Under the pieces are notes generated by a model, which ran no database searches, had not been told where the DNA came from, and was given only the letters and a program-made list of their open reading frames with translations. A DNA stretch of 64,000 nt, from the sequence record SRR22947727_398; one strand, 5' to 3'. A program made the translations under genes and the position numbers. This document shows, in pieces, positions 38,678-48,686 of the stretch. Numbering within the stretch: the first letter of the stretch is position 1; each line of letters begins with the position of its first letter.

Positions 38678-39133
38678 ATGACCATAATAAATTTAAATGA
38701 ACTTGCTTGTACAACTGGAGCTCTGATTGGAATAGATCCAGGTACTAAAACACTTGGTATTGCATCTAGCGATATAACTCGATTGATAGCAACACCTATA
38801 ACAACAATTAAAAGAACAAAATTTTCTCAAGATGCTGAAAAATTATTTACAATTTATGACAATTACAAAGCTTCAGCAATTGTTGTTGGCTTACCCATAA
38901 ATATGAACGGAACGTACGGACCTCGCACTCAATCTGTAAAGGACTTTTGCAATAATTTATTGAGTATTAGAGATTTGCCTATTTTTTTCTGGGATGAACG
39001 ACTATCCACAATAGCAGTCAAAAGAGGAATGATTGATGCAGACCTCACTAGAAAAAAACAAAAAAAGTATATTGATAAACTCGCAGCCTCCTACATATTG
39101 CAAGGAGTCTTGGACAGACTAAGAGCTAAATAA
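38678..39133 (+). CDS. ruvX: pre-16S rRNA nuclease YqgF / RuvX
   Basis: GIDPGTKTLGIA, VGLP, WDERLST, DKLAASYILQG. Confidence 0.93.
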   Translation: MTIINLNELACTTGALIGIDPGTKTLGIASSDITRLIATPITTIKRTKFSQDAEKLFTIYDNYKASAIVVGLPINMNGTYGPRTQSVKDFCNNLLSIRDLPIFFWDERLSTIAVKRGMIDADLTRKKQKKYIDKLAASYILQGVLDRLRAK

Positions 39134-39152
39134 ATATTTAAAAATTGAATAC

Positions 39153-39186
39153 TTGACATTGTACGAAATTTTCGTACATGCAGATA
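39153..39186 (+). promoter_or_regulatory. putative pyrB promoter with a perfect 19-bp palindromic operator
   Basis: TTGACA at 39153-39158; TGTACGAAA-T-TTTCGTACA at 39160-39178; TACATG at 39175-39180 as a candidate -10; ATG at 39187 with no SD. Confidence 0.72.
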
Positions 39187-40344
39187 ATGACTTATTCAAA
39201 AAATATTATAGATAACATATTCGGCGGAATTCGCCCGACCTCAAGAGCTTTAGGTAAAGCTGCGACAACAATACAAGGATGGTATGATAGTGGAACTATT
39301 CCACAAAAACACTGGACTGATATAATAAATGCAGCGAAATCTTTTGACCATACTTTAAACTCAGAAGACTTCTTCCCAAAGCAACTTTCGAGACTGGAAT
39401 CATTTGGCTATCCTTTTAATAAACTCCATTGTCTTTCCATTGATGATTTTAACAGACCCGACATTGAAACACTGTTATCGCTAGGCGCACATTATCTTGA
39501 TCTCAATATCCAAAAAAATACAAATAACAGAGTATTAAAGGGTAAAACATTAATTAATCTATTTTTTGAAAATTCCACAAGGACAGAAAAAAGTTTTGAA
39601 TTGGCAGGCAAACGACTTGGGGCGGATGTAATCTCAATGCAGATCGCTAATAGTTCTGTTAACAAAGGGGAAACCCTAATGGACACCGCAGTAACGCTAA
39701 ATGCAATGAATCCAGATATTATTATAGTTAGACATAGCGCATCAGGAGCCCCTGCATTACTATCGCAAAAAGTTAGTTGTTCAGTCATTAATGCTGGTGA
39801 TGGAATTCACGAACATCCTACGCAAGCACTCCTGGATGCACTAACAATAAAATCTGCGTTTAAAAAAATTTCTGGGTTAAGAGTAGCAATTTGCGGTGAC
39901 ATACTCCACTCACGGGTGGCGAGGTCAAATGTAAAATTACTTAACATGCTTGGTGCAGAAGTACGCTTAATTGGTCCTAAAACCTTATTGCCCTCTGAAG
40001 CTGAAACTTGGGGGGTAAATATTTTTAATAATATGAAGGATGGACTAGAAGACTGTGATATAATTATGATGCTGCGCCTTCAAATAGAGAGAATGTCTGA
40101 TGCATTAATACCTTCTAAGCGTGAGTACTTTCATTTCTACGGATTAGATAAAGAAAAAATTGCGTATACAAAAAGGCGAACATTAGTAATGCATCCGGGC
40201 CCTATGAACCGAGGAGTAGAAATTAGCTCTGAAATAGCAGATGATGAAAAAATTAGCTTGATAAAAAAGCAAGTTGAGACTGGGGTCGCCATGCGAATGG
40301 GAATATTACACGCTCTGTCTAATTCTCAGGACAGCATAAAATGA
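39187..40344 (+). CDS. pyrB: aspartate carbamoyltransferase catalytic subunit with fused N-terminal Cro-like HTH domain
   Basis: Intact ATCase motifs [35 protein letters not shown] and HPGP. They are preceded in frame by about 65 aa: [48 protein letters not shown]. Confidence 0.93.
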   Translation: MTYSKNIIDNIFGGIRPTSRALGKAATTIQGWYDSGTIPQKHWTDIINAAKSFDHTLNSEDFFPKQLSRLESFGYPFNKLHCLSIDDFNRPDIETLLSLGAHYLDLNIQKNTNNRVLKGKTLINLFFENSTRTEKSFELAGKRLGADVISMQIANSSVNKGETLMDTAVTLNAMNPDIIIVRHSASGAPALLSQKVSCSVINAGDGIHEHPTQALLDALTIKSAFKKISGLRVAICGDILHSRVARSNVKLLNMLGAEVRLIGPKTLLPSEAETWGVNIFNNMKDGLEDCDIIMMLRLQIERMSDALIPSKREYFHFYGLDKEKIAYTKRRTLVMHPGPMNRGVEISSEIADDEKISLIKKQVETGVAMRMGILHALSNSQDSIK

Positions 40345-41615
40345 ATATCACTACCATAATTAATGCAAGAATTATTAACCCAGAAGATGGTTATGACAAA
40401 CTTGGTTCTATTCTCATTGAGTCAGGCTTAATATCAGATTTTGGACCTGATGTGCAAGCCAAAGGACAGATAATTGATGCTAATGGCCTTATATGTTCAC
40501 CAGGTCTTATTGATATGCGAGTAAATACTGGAGAGCCGGGTAAAGAAAACCGTGAAACTATATCAACAGCTGCCAAAGCGGCGGCAGCAGGTGGTATTAC
40601 CTCAATTGTTTTAATGCCTGAAACCAATCCTGCAATTGACGATATTTCATTAGTTGATTTTATAAATCGTAAATCAGAAAATGCACCTATTAACATCTAT
40701 GCGGCTGGAGCCCTTACCAAAAGTTTAGATGGGAGCACTTTAACAGAGATTGGGTTAATGTCAGAAGCTGGCGCAGTAATGTTTTCAAATGGAGCATTAC
40801 CTATTAAAAGCGCTCAAACAATGAGAAGACTATTGTCTTACTCTAGTAATTTTGATTGTTTAATATCTAATCGACCTATCGAGAGTTCATTAAGTATTAA
40901 CACAGCTGCTCATGAAAGTGATTTCTCACTACGCTTAGGACTTCCATCATCTCCTTCAGTTTCTGAGCGCATTATAGTAGAGCGCGATATAGCCCTTGCA
41001 GAGCTCACAGGTGGGAAATTATTGATAGATTTAATTTCAGCTTCAGAGTCATTAATTGCAATTAAACAAGCTAAACTCAAATATTCTAATATTTCATGTT
41101 CAGTTAGTATTAATCATTTAAGTTTAAATGAAAAAGATATTGGTGACTATCGAACATTCGCTAAATTAGACCCACCATTAAGAGAGGAGTCCGACCGACT
41201 AGATTTACTAAATGGTATTAATGATGGAACCATAGACGTAATAGTTTCATCTCACGATCCTCGTCCAGCAGGAGAAAAACGTTTACCTTACTCCCAAGCA
41301 GCTTCAGGTGCCATAGGGCTTGAAACACTTCTAGCAGCAGGTCTGTCATTAGTTGCAGACAAACAACTAAACTTGATGAATTTTCTTGCAACTTTAACTT
41401 GCAATCCTGCTTCCCTCTTAGGCCTAAAAAGTGGAAGAATAAAAAAGTCAGCACCTGCAGATCTTATAATATTTGATCCTAATGCCCCTTGGGTATGTAA
41501 AGGTAAGAGTTTACTATCGAAATCAAAAAACACACCTTTCGATGGAAGGTTAATGACTGGAAGAAATATAAAAACCATATGCAAAGGAAAGCTTGTATTT
41601 GACTCAAGTAATTAA
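40341..41615 (+). CDS. pyrC: dihydroorotase-like protein, probably inactive PyrC' (ATCase structural subunit)
   Basis: DHOase fold ([32 protein letters not shown]), but the metal ligands are substituted (DMRVN, SNRP, IDLIS, SSHDPR); ATAAAATGA junction overlaps the pyrB stop. Confidence 0.85.
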   Translation: MNITTIINARIINPEDGYDKLGSILIESGLISDFGPDVQAKGQIIDANGLICSPGLIDMRVNTGEPGKENRETISTAAKAAAAGGITSIVLMPETNPAIDDISLVDFINRKSENAPINIYAAGALTKSLDGSTLTEIGLMSEAGAVMFSNGALPIKSAQTMRRLLSYSSNFDCLISNRPIESSLSINTAAHESDFSLRLGLPSSPSVSERIIVERDIALAELTGGKLLIDLISASESLIAIKQAKLKYSNISCSVSINHLSLNEKDIGDYRTFAKLDPPLREESDRLDLLNGINDGTIDVIVSSHDPRPAGEKRLPYSQAASGAIGLETLLAAGLSLVADKQLNLMNFLATLTCNPASLLGLKSGRIKKSAPADLIIFDPNAPWVCKGKSLLSKSKNTPFDGRLMTGRNIKTICKGKLVFDSSN

Positions 41616-41633
41616 GAAATATACGAGCATAAA

Positions 41634-42212
41634 ATGCAAATTCTTATTACTATTTTAGTAGGCTACTTATTAGGATCAATCCCATTTGGCTTCATTATAG
41701 TTCACCTCAATGGAAAAGGTGATATACGTAAAATTGGGTCTGGAAATATAGGTGCAACTAACGTTCTAAGGACTGGCTATAAAAGTATTGCAATACTGAC
41801 TTTATTTTTAGATGGATCTAAAGCTGCAATAGCTTTTTTAATTTTTGATTATTTCTATGGTGGAAGTTTTGGATTAATAGCTGGTGGATCAGCATTAATT
41901 GGACATTGCTACCCAGTATGGCTAAAATTTAAAGGCGGAAAAGGTGTAGCTACTTTTTTTGGTTTCCTTCTAGCATCATGCTGGATAATTGGGATATTAA
42001 TGGCATTAGTTTGGTTAATAATTGCCTTAATATCAAGAATATCTTCTCTTTCTGCTATTATAGCAGCAATTTTAACACCACTGACCGCATTGTTTTTTAA
42101 TAACTCTAATCTCGCAATAGTATCTGGAATTTTAACTATTGTTATTATTATCCGACACATAGAGAACATTATTCGTATCGCTAATGGAACAGAAAGTAGG
42201 TTTGGAAAGTAA
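41634..42212 (+). CDS. plsY: glycerol-3-phosphate acyltransferase PlsY
   Basis: YLLGSIPFG, GSGNIGATNVLR, GHCYP, FKGGKGVAT, RHIENIIR. Confidence 0.96.
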   Translation: MQILITILVGYLLGSIPFGFIIVHLNGKGDIRKIGSGNIGATNVLRTGYKSIAILTLFLDGSKAAIAFLIFDYFYGGSFGLIAGGSALIGHCYPVWLKFKGGKGVATFFGFLLASCWIIGILMALVWLIIALISRISSLSAIIAAILTPLTALFFNNSNLAIVSGILTIVIIIRHIENIIRIANGTESRFGK

Positions 42213-42382
42213 GAAATCACAAAATTTGATTGCAACGAATTCGCATAAATTCAACAAACACTAAATTAAAACAATTAATTGAAATGGTTGACAATTTTAA
42301 AGTCATCGCCCAAACGCACAAATAAATGTATATTAAAGTACGTCCTAAAAATAATACGCTACACAAATAAGAGGTCACACTC

Positions 42383-44932
42383 ATGAATCTTGTCATTGTT
42401 GAGTCGCCCGCAAAAGCTAAAACTATAGAAAAATACTTAGGTAAAAATTATGAAGTTCTAGCAAGTTTTGGGCATATACGTGATCTGCCTAGTAAGAATG
42501 GATCGGTAGACCCTAACAATGAATTTAAAATGTCTTGGTCAATTGATACCCAGTCAAAAAAACGGGTAAAAGATATAGAAATTTCCCTCAAAAAGGCGAA
42601 CAAACTTATACTAGCTACTGACCCAGACAGAGAGGGAGAGGCAATTTCATGGCATTTACTAGATGTTTTATCCGGTAAAAAAAATCTGCTCAAAGGCAAA
42701 ACGATTGAGCGTGTTGTTTTTAATGCAATAACAAAAAAATCAGTTATTGAAGCTATTGCTAAACCACGGCAACTCGATATGGAACTTGTTGAAGCTTATC
42801 TAGCAAGAAGAGCTCTTGATTATCTTGTTGGGTTCACATTATCACCAATACTATGGCGGAAGCTACCAGGCGCCAGATCTGCAGGAAGAGTTCAATCCGT
42901 TGCTCTTCGTTTAATTTGTGAACGGGAAACCGAAATCGAAAAATTTGATCCAAAAGAGTATTGGTCTATTAATGCAATAATAGAAAACTCAAAAGGAAAC
43001 AATTTTCCAGCTAGACTTGTAGCTCTAGATGAAAAAAAATTAGAAAAATTTTCTTTAGTAAACAAAGAACAAGCCTTAAAAGCCAAAGATGCCTTGGCTT
43101 CTTCGAAACTAAGTGTTACTTCAATTGAAAGTAAACCTATAGCACGTAATCCTCAAGCTCCATTCATGACATCAACGCTTCAACAAGAAGCATCACGTAA
43201 ATTAGGATTTTCTGCAACTCAAACAATGCGAACCGCTCAAATGTTGTATGAAGGTGTCGATATAGGCGGAGAAACGACTGGCCTAATAACTTATATGCGT
43301 ACAGATGGAATATCGATGATTGGTGAAGCAATAAGCGATTGTAGAGCTAGTATAGAAGAAAATTTTGGAGAAAAATATCTACCTGGTCAACATAGAGTTT
43401 ATAAAACAAAAGCAAAAAATGCTCAAGAAGCTCACGAAGCTATACGCCCAACAAGTTTTTCAAGGACCCCCGAAAGCTTATCGCTTTCAGGGGATATGAA
43501 AAAACTATATGAGTTAATTTGGAAGCGCACCATGGCATCACAAATGTCGGCAGCAAAACTTGAGCGCACTACTATCCAAATGGAAGACAAAAAAAATTCT
43601 GTGGCATTAAGGTCAACAGGTCAAATAGTTAAATTTGATGGCTTTTTGAGACTTTATGAAGAAACAAAGCCGATGACCGCAGAAGAAACAGATAGTCAGT
43701 CAAATACTCTTTTACCTCCATTAGCAATAAATGATGAAGTAAAGGCTATTGATGTAAAAGCTGATCAGCATTTTACCCAGCCGCCTCCTCGATACTCAGA
43801 AGCGAGTATTGTGAAGAAAATGGAAGAATTAGGAATTGGTAGGCCATCAACCTATGCCTCCATTCTAAAAGTACTTCAAGATCGGGGATATGTCAGCCTA
43901 GATAATAGGCGTTTTACTCCAGTAGATAAAGGACGATTACTTTCAGCTTTTCTTGAAAACTTTTTTGGAAAATATGTTCAATATGACTATACTGCTAAAT
44001 TAGAAGAAAATCTTGATAAAGTATCTGCGGGAAATTTAAACTGGAAGATTTTACTAAGAGAATTTTGGAATGAATTCTCTAGTTCAGTTGATGAAACTAA
44101 AGACCTTAGGGTAACCAATGTATTAGATGCTTTAAATGATGCACTTCGTTCATCAGTATTTCCTAATAGGGAAGATGGAGTAGACCCACGAAAATGTAAT
44201 TCATGTGAAGATGGCAAACTCAGTCTCAAACTAGGAAAATTTGGAGCATTTGTCGGGTGCTCGAACTACCCTGAATGTAAATTCACAAGACCTTTCGGCG
44301 GCGAGGATATAAGTATTCCAACCGAAGACAAACTTTTGGGGCAACATCCAGATAATGGTGCTGATATTGTTTTAAAATCTGGTCGTTATGGACCTTATGT
44401 TGAAATGGAAACTGATAAAAAACCTAAACGTACAAGTTTACCTAAAAGTTGGCCCTACGATTTAATGGATTTAGATAAAGGTTTGCGCTTAATTAACTTA
44501 CCAAGAAAAATCGGAGAACACCCAGAAGATGGAAACCAGATTATTTCAGCTTTAGGGAGATTTGGACCCTATATTAAGCACAATAAAACCTACGTTAGTT
44601 TAAAAGATCCAGAAGATATGTTTAATTTAGGAATGAACAGAGCAGTTGAATTAATTGCTGACAAAATTGCCAATCCAGGTCGAAGAGCTAACAGTGCAAC
44701 TGTATTAAAAGACCTAGGTAAGCACCCCGAAAGTAATAAAGCAATTACAATTATGTCTGGACGCTATGGACCATATATCAAATATGAAAAAATAAATGCA
44801 ACCTTACCAAAAAACAAAAATCCAGAAGACATAACTTTAGAAACAGCTTTGGAATATATAAATGCTAAAATTTCGAAAAGTCCAAAAAAAAAACCAGCTA
44901 CAAAAAAGAAAAAAAGCAACCAAAAAAAATAA
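42383..44932 (+). CDS. topA: DNA topoisomerase I
   Basis: VIVESPAKAKTI, ATDPDREGE, SAGRVQS, ITYMRTD, Zn ribbon and C-terminal repeats (GRYGPY). Confidence 0.98.
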   Translation: MNLVIVESPAKAKTIEKYLGKNYEVLASFGHIRDLPSKNGSVDPNNEFKMSWSIDTQSKKRVKDIEISLKKANKLILATDPDREGEAISWHLLDVLSGKKNLLKGKTIERVVFNAITKKSVIEAIAKPRQLDMELVEAYLARRALDYLVGFTLSPILWRKLPGARSAGRVQSVALRLICERETEIEKFDPKEYWSINAIIENSKGNNFPARLVALDEKKLEKFSLVNKEQALKAKDALASSKLSVTSIESKPIARNPQAPFMTSTLQQEASRKLGFSATQTMRTAQMLYEGVDIGGETTGLITYMRTDGISMIGEAISDCRASIEENFGEKYLPGQHRVYKTKAKNAQEAHEAIRPTSFSRTPESLSLSGDMKKLYELIWKRTMASQMSAAKLERTTIQMEDKKNSVALRSTGQIVKFDGFLRLYEETKPMTAEETDSQSNTLLPPLAINDEVKAIDVKADQHFTQPPPRYSEASIVKKMEELGIGRPSTYASILKVLQDRGYVSLDNRRFTPVDKGRLLSAFLENFFGKYVQYDYTAKLEENLDKVSAGNLNWKILLREFWNEFSSSVDETKDLRVTNVLDALNDALRSSVFPNREDGVDPRKCNSCEDGKLSLKLGKFGAFVGCSNYPECKFTRPFGGEDISIPTEDKLLGQHPDNGADIVLKSGRYGPYVEMETDKKPKRTSLPKSWPYDLMDLDKGLRLINLPRKIGEHPEDGNQIISALGRFGPYIKHNKTYVSLKDPEDMFNLGMNRAVELIADKIANPGRRANSATVLKDLGKHPESNKAITIMSGRYGPYIKYEKINATLPKNKNPEDITLETALEYINAKISKSPKKKPATKKKKSNQKK

Positions 44933-44968
44933 GCATATCAAGAAAATGTTAATGGGATAAAATTTATT

Positions 44969-47179
44969 ATGGAGTTAAGCCGCGACAGCATCTTAAAAGC
45001 CGTCAGCGAACACCCTGACAGGTATGACAATAAAGCATTAGCAAGATTACTAAAAATTAAAGGTCCTGACAGGCGACTCTTGAGGCAATTATTAAATGAT
45101 ATGGTAGAAAATGGTATTTTAGATAAATCTAAAAACAAAACATTTAAGAAAACAGCTGATTTATCAGGAGTAATGGTAATCCAAATTATAGAGATAGATG
45201 AGCATGGAGATATGCTTGGTAAACCTGAAATATGGGAAAAAAAACTACCTCCACCACAAATTATTATTAGGGAAAGCTCTTCTGGCATCAGGGCGAAATC
45301 ATATAACAAAGCTACAGTCGGTGTTGGTTCACGCGCACTTTGCCGAATAAAAGAAATAGATGGCATCATAATTGGACAAGTTATAAAACGTTTAGGCAAT
45401 GGACCATCTAAGCAACTCGGCGTTTTAATGCAAAATGGTAGAGGTTGGATAATACAGCCCGTGAGTAAAAAATCTCGTCACGTTTACAAACCAATCAAGG
45501 TTCCTAGTAAAGCAAATTTAAATGACCTTGTATGGTTTCAATCGTCACGTAGAAATATTAAAGACACACGACTTGCAGAAATTATCGAATTTATTGGTTC
45601 TGCGCAAAAAGGGAATACTGCATCTTTAATTTCATTATATGAACATAATGTTCCAATGGGCTTCTCAGAGGATGTTATAAGTCAAGCTAAAGCTCTTAGG
45701 TTGCCTGGAGTTTCAAAGAATCATATTGACTTAAGGCATTTAAATCTAATCACAATAGATCCAGATGATGCTAAAGATTTTGATGATGCAATAACAGCAA
45801 AGCCAACAGAAAATGGAGGCTGGGATGTTTGGGTCGCCATTGCTGACGTAGCAGCTTACGTAACACCAGATAGTCCCTTGGACATAACAGCACGTTTAAA
45901 AGGAAATTCAGTTTACTTACCTGACACAGTTGAGCCTATGCTACCACATATACTTTCCTCTGACTTATGTTCTTTAAAACCCAATGAAGACAGGGCCTGC
46001 ATAGCAGTTAATATTATATTCAATAAAAATGGAGTAAAAGTTTCCCACTGCTTTCACAGAGGGATCATGCGATCTAATGCTCGCTTAACATATGCACAAG
46101 CCCAAGAACTTCATAAAAATAATTATATAGATCAGTCACCAATGGTTAATGAAGCCATACAAAATATCTTTGGGGCATATACGTCCATTAAAAAAGCACG
46201 AGAAAACAGAGCCCCACTTAATATAGAATTACCCGAACGAAAGGTTCATATCGATGAAAAAGGTAACGTCTCAAACATCACTATTAAAGAAAGATTTGAT
46301 GCCCATAAATTAGTAGAAGAGTTTATGATACAGGCTAATGTTGCAGCAGCAGAGTCTTTAGCAGAAAAAAATATTGCTACTTTATCACGCCTTCACGAAG
46401 CGCCAAAAAATGAAAAACTAAAAGGCTTAGCAGATTATTTGTCAGTATTAGATTTAAAACTATCATTAGGGGAACGTACAACTACACAAAAACTAAATAA
46501 ATTATTGAAAAAAGCAGAAATAAAAGGTCTATCAGAAAGTGTAAGTATGGCAGTTCTCCGCAGCCAGAGCCAAGCAGTCTATGATGCAGAGCTAAAAGGG
46601 CACTTTGGACTAAATTTAACTCACTATACTCATTTTACCTCTCCTATTCGAAGATACTCAGATTTATTGGTTCACCGTGCACTTATAAATGCTTTTGATT
46701 TAGGTGACGATGGGTCAACAAAAAGTGAAATATCTCGTTTAAAAGAAACTGCAGAACACATATCAAACACTGAAAGGCGAGCAATGGCTGCTGAACGTGA
46801 CTCAAAGGATAGGTATATTGCAACATACTTAGAGAAGCAGGTTGGCGTAATATTTAATGCTCGTATAACTGGTGTCACAAAATTTGGACTTTTCATTACA
46901 TTAGATGAAACGGGAGCAGATGGATTAATACCTTGCAGGAGTCTTGGACGTGAATACTTTATACTTGATGAAAAAAGAAAGTCTCTAATAGGAAGTGACA
47001 GCGGTGACACTTATAAGTTTGGAAGACAAATAAAAGCAAAACTAATAGAAGCAACACCAGTAACTGGAGGTTTGGTTTTTGAAATGCATTCCAAACCTGA
47101 TAAGGGATCAATACCTAAAGTTCATAATTTTCGTCGAGATAATTACCCAAAACGAAACCGCCGGAGAAACAAAAGGTGA
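44969..47179 (+). CDS. rnr: ribonuclease R
   Basis: TIDPDDAKDFDDA, HFTSPIRRYSDLLVHR, S1 domain, basic tail. Confidence 0.94.
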   Translation: MELSRDSILKAVSEHPDRYDNKALARLLKIKGPDRRLLRQLLNDMVENGILDKSKNKTFKKTADLSGVMVIQIIEIDEHGDMLGKPEIWEKKLPPPQIIIRESSSGIRAKSYNKATVGVGSRALCRIKEIDGIIIGQVIKRLGNGPSKQLGVLMQNGRGWIIQPVSKKSRHVYKPIKVPSKANLNDLVWFQSSRRNIKDTRLAEIIEFIGSAQKGNTASLISLYEHNVPMGFSEDVISQAKALRLPGVSKNHIDLRHLNLITIDPDDAKDFDDAITAKPTENGGWDVWVAIADVAAYVTPDSPLDITARLKGNSVYLPDTVEPMLPHILSSDLCSLKPNEDRACIAVNIIFNKNGVKVSHCFHRGIMRSNARLTYAQAQELHKNNYIDQSPMVNEAIQNIFGAYTSIKKARENRAPLNIELPERKVHIDEKGNVSNITIKERFDAHKLVEEFMIQANVAAAESLAEKNIATLSRLHEAPKNEKLKGLADYLSVLDLKLSLGERTTTQKLNKLLKKAEIKGLSESVSMAVLRSQSQAVYDAELKGHFGLNLTHYTHFTSPIRRYSDLLVHRALINAFDLGDDGSTKSEISRLKETAEHISNTERRAMAAERDSKDRYIATYLEKQVGVIFNARITGVTKFGLFITLDETGADGLIPCRSLGREYFILDEKRKSLIGSDSGDTYKFGRQIKAKLIEATPVTGGLVFEMHSKPDKGSIPKVHNFRRDNYPKRNRRRNKR

Positions 47180-47919
47180 TAAAACATTTAAGTACATCTC
47201 TTGGGTCTTCAAAATTAACAAAATCAGAACTAAGTAAGCGTAAAATTTTAGATCGCGCACCTCGCCCTCGATTAGCATCTACCATAGTATTAATTCATGG
47301 ACCAAGAAGTAATCCAAAAATACTTATGGGAAAAAGATCCATAAAACATGACTTTATGCCTAGTGTTTATGTATTTCCTGGAGGAAGGGTTGATAGATGT
47401 GATAGTTATGTAAAATATACAGGGGAGCTTTCAAAGCGTACAGAAATGATATTGGAAACAGCATTCACTGCTCGCAAAGCTAGAGCTTTAGTGTTAGCTT
47501 CAATTCGAGAGACATATGAAGAAACTTCTTTAATGATTGGTAAAAATGAATCTAAAAATACAACTTCTAAATCCACTTGGAATGACTTTCAAAAAGCTGG
47601 TATTACGCCAAGCTTAGACGGTATTGAAGTATTTGGAAGAGCCATAACCCCTCCTCATAGACATAAAAGGTTTGATGCATGGTTTTTTATAAAAAATATC
47701 AAAACACAGAAAATTCCTGACATTTCTGATACGGCTGAATTACAAGACGTAGCCTGGTTTACCCTTGAGCAAATTTGGGAACTAAACCTCCAACGTGCTA
47801 CCAAAATGATGTTAAAAGTTTTAGAGGAGTATTTAAATTATAAATCACCTCCACCTTATATATTTTTCTCACGTAACGAAAGTGGTAAATTCATCACTGA
47901 TACCTATCCAAAAGCGTAA
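47176..47919 (+). CDS. Nudix hydrolase
   Basis: ILMGKR..FMPSVYVFPGGRVD, IRETYEET, RAITPP..RFDAWFF. Confidence 0.85.
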   Translation: MIKHLSTSLGSSKLTKSELSKRKILDRAPRPRLASTIVLIHGPRSNPKILMGKRSIKHDFMPSVYVFPGGRVDRCDSYVKYTGELSKRTEMILETAFTARKARALVLASIRETYEETSLMIGKNESKNTTSKSTWNDFQKAGITPSLDGIEVFGRAITPPHRHKRFDAWFFIKNIKTQKIPDISDTAELQDVAWFTLEQIWELNLQRATKMMLKVLEEYLNYKSPPPYIFFSRNESGKFITDTYPKA

Positions 47920-47928
47920 ATTGGCGTG

Positions 47929-47960
47929 TTGACATAACGCATTAACTAAACTAATTGCGC
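47929..47960 (+). promoter_or_regulatory. putative sigma70 promoter of rpmG
   Basis: TTGACA-N17-TAATTG followed by CGC. Confidence 0.5.
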
Positions 47961-47988
47961 ATTCACAATAATAAGAGGTACTAGTTCA

Positions 47989-48156
47989 ATGGCGAAGCCA
48001 ACCACAATCAAAATTCGTTTAAATAGTACAGCTGGTACTGGCTACTTTTACGTTACAAAAAAGAACTCTAGAACAATGACAGAAAAAATGGTCAAAAAGA
48101 AATATGACCCAGTTGTTAGAAAACATGTAGACTTCAAAGAAGGTAAGATTAAATAA
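47989..48156 (+). CDS. rpmG: 50S ribosomal protein L33 (Cys-free type)
   Basis: Manual translation [55 protein letters not shown] (55 aa) with an AGAGGT RBS; absent from the ORF track. Confidence 0.97.
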   Translation: MAKPTTIKIRLNSTAGTGYFYVTKKNSRTMTEKMVKKKYDPVVRKHVDFKEGKIK

Positions 48157-48177
48157 ATAATTTTTATGTTTTTTAAC

Positions 48178-48540
48178 TTATTTCACCAAACTTTTTATAG
48201 TATCTAAAAATATTGTTATCGATATGGGCTTAGATAGATAAGCTTCACACCCTCCTTCAAGTATTCTTTCTTTATCGCCCTTCATCGCAAAAGCAGTTAT
48301 AGCTACTATTGGAATAGCTGCTAACTCTTCATCATCTTTGATCCATTTTGCAACTTCAAGGCCTGAAACTTCAGGTAATTGTATATCCATTAATATTAAG
48401 TCGGGTAAAAATTTTCTAGCAATATCAATTGCTTTAAGTCCTTCACGTGTTTGTTGCGTTTCATACCCACTTGTCTCTAAAAGATCATTAAAGAGCTTCA
48501 TATTTAATTCATTATCTTCAACTATGAGTATTTTTTTCAT
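48178..48540 (-). CDS. divK: single-domain cell-cycle response regulator DivK
   Basis: [50 protein letters not shown]; lies between dinB and rpmG. Confidence 0.92.
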   Translation of the reverse strand: MKKILIVEDNELNMKLFNDLLETSGYETQQTREGLKAIDIARKFLPDLILMDIQLPEVSGLEVAKWIKDDEELAAIPIVAITAFAMKGDKERILEGGCEAYLSKPISITIFLDTIKSLVK

Positions 48541-48686
48541 ATTTTCTTTTATCATAGTTTTAATTAATCAATTATTATTAAAATTAAATCTTTATTTTTA
48601 TAAATACTCAATTACGATCACATTAATAGCTAAACCAGTTCAGTTAAATAAAGAGAAAACTCTTAATAATAAAAAGTTTAGAAAAT

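Noticed and set aside
39221-39238. Short GC-rich inverted repeat TCGGCGGAATTCGCCCGA early in pyrB
   Set aside because: It is imperfect and explained by the codons of the conserved FGGIRP motif.
39187-39378. Cro-like domain as a prophage remnant
   Set aside because: No integrase, divergent repressor, att-like repeat or other phage gene is nearby, and the domain is fused in frame within intact ruvX-pyrB-pyrC-plsY synteny.
48612-48626. TTAC-N7-TTAA upstream of divK as a CtrA site
   Set aside because: It is biologically plausible but has one mismatch in very AT-rich DNA, so the support is insufficient.
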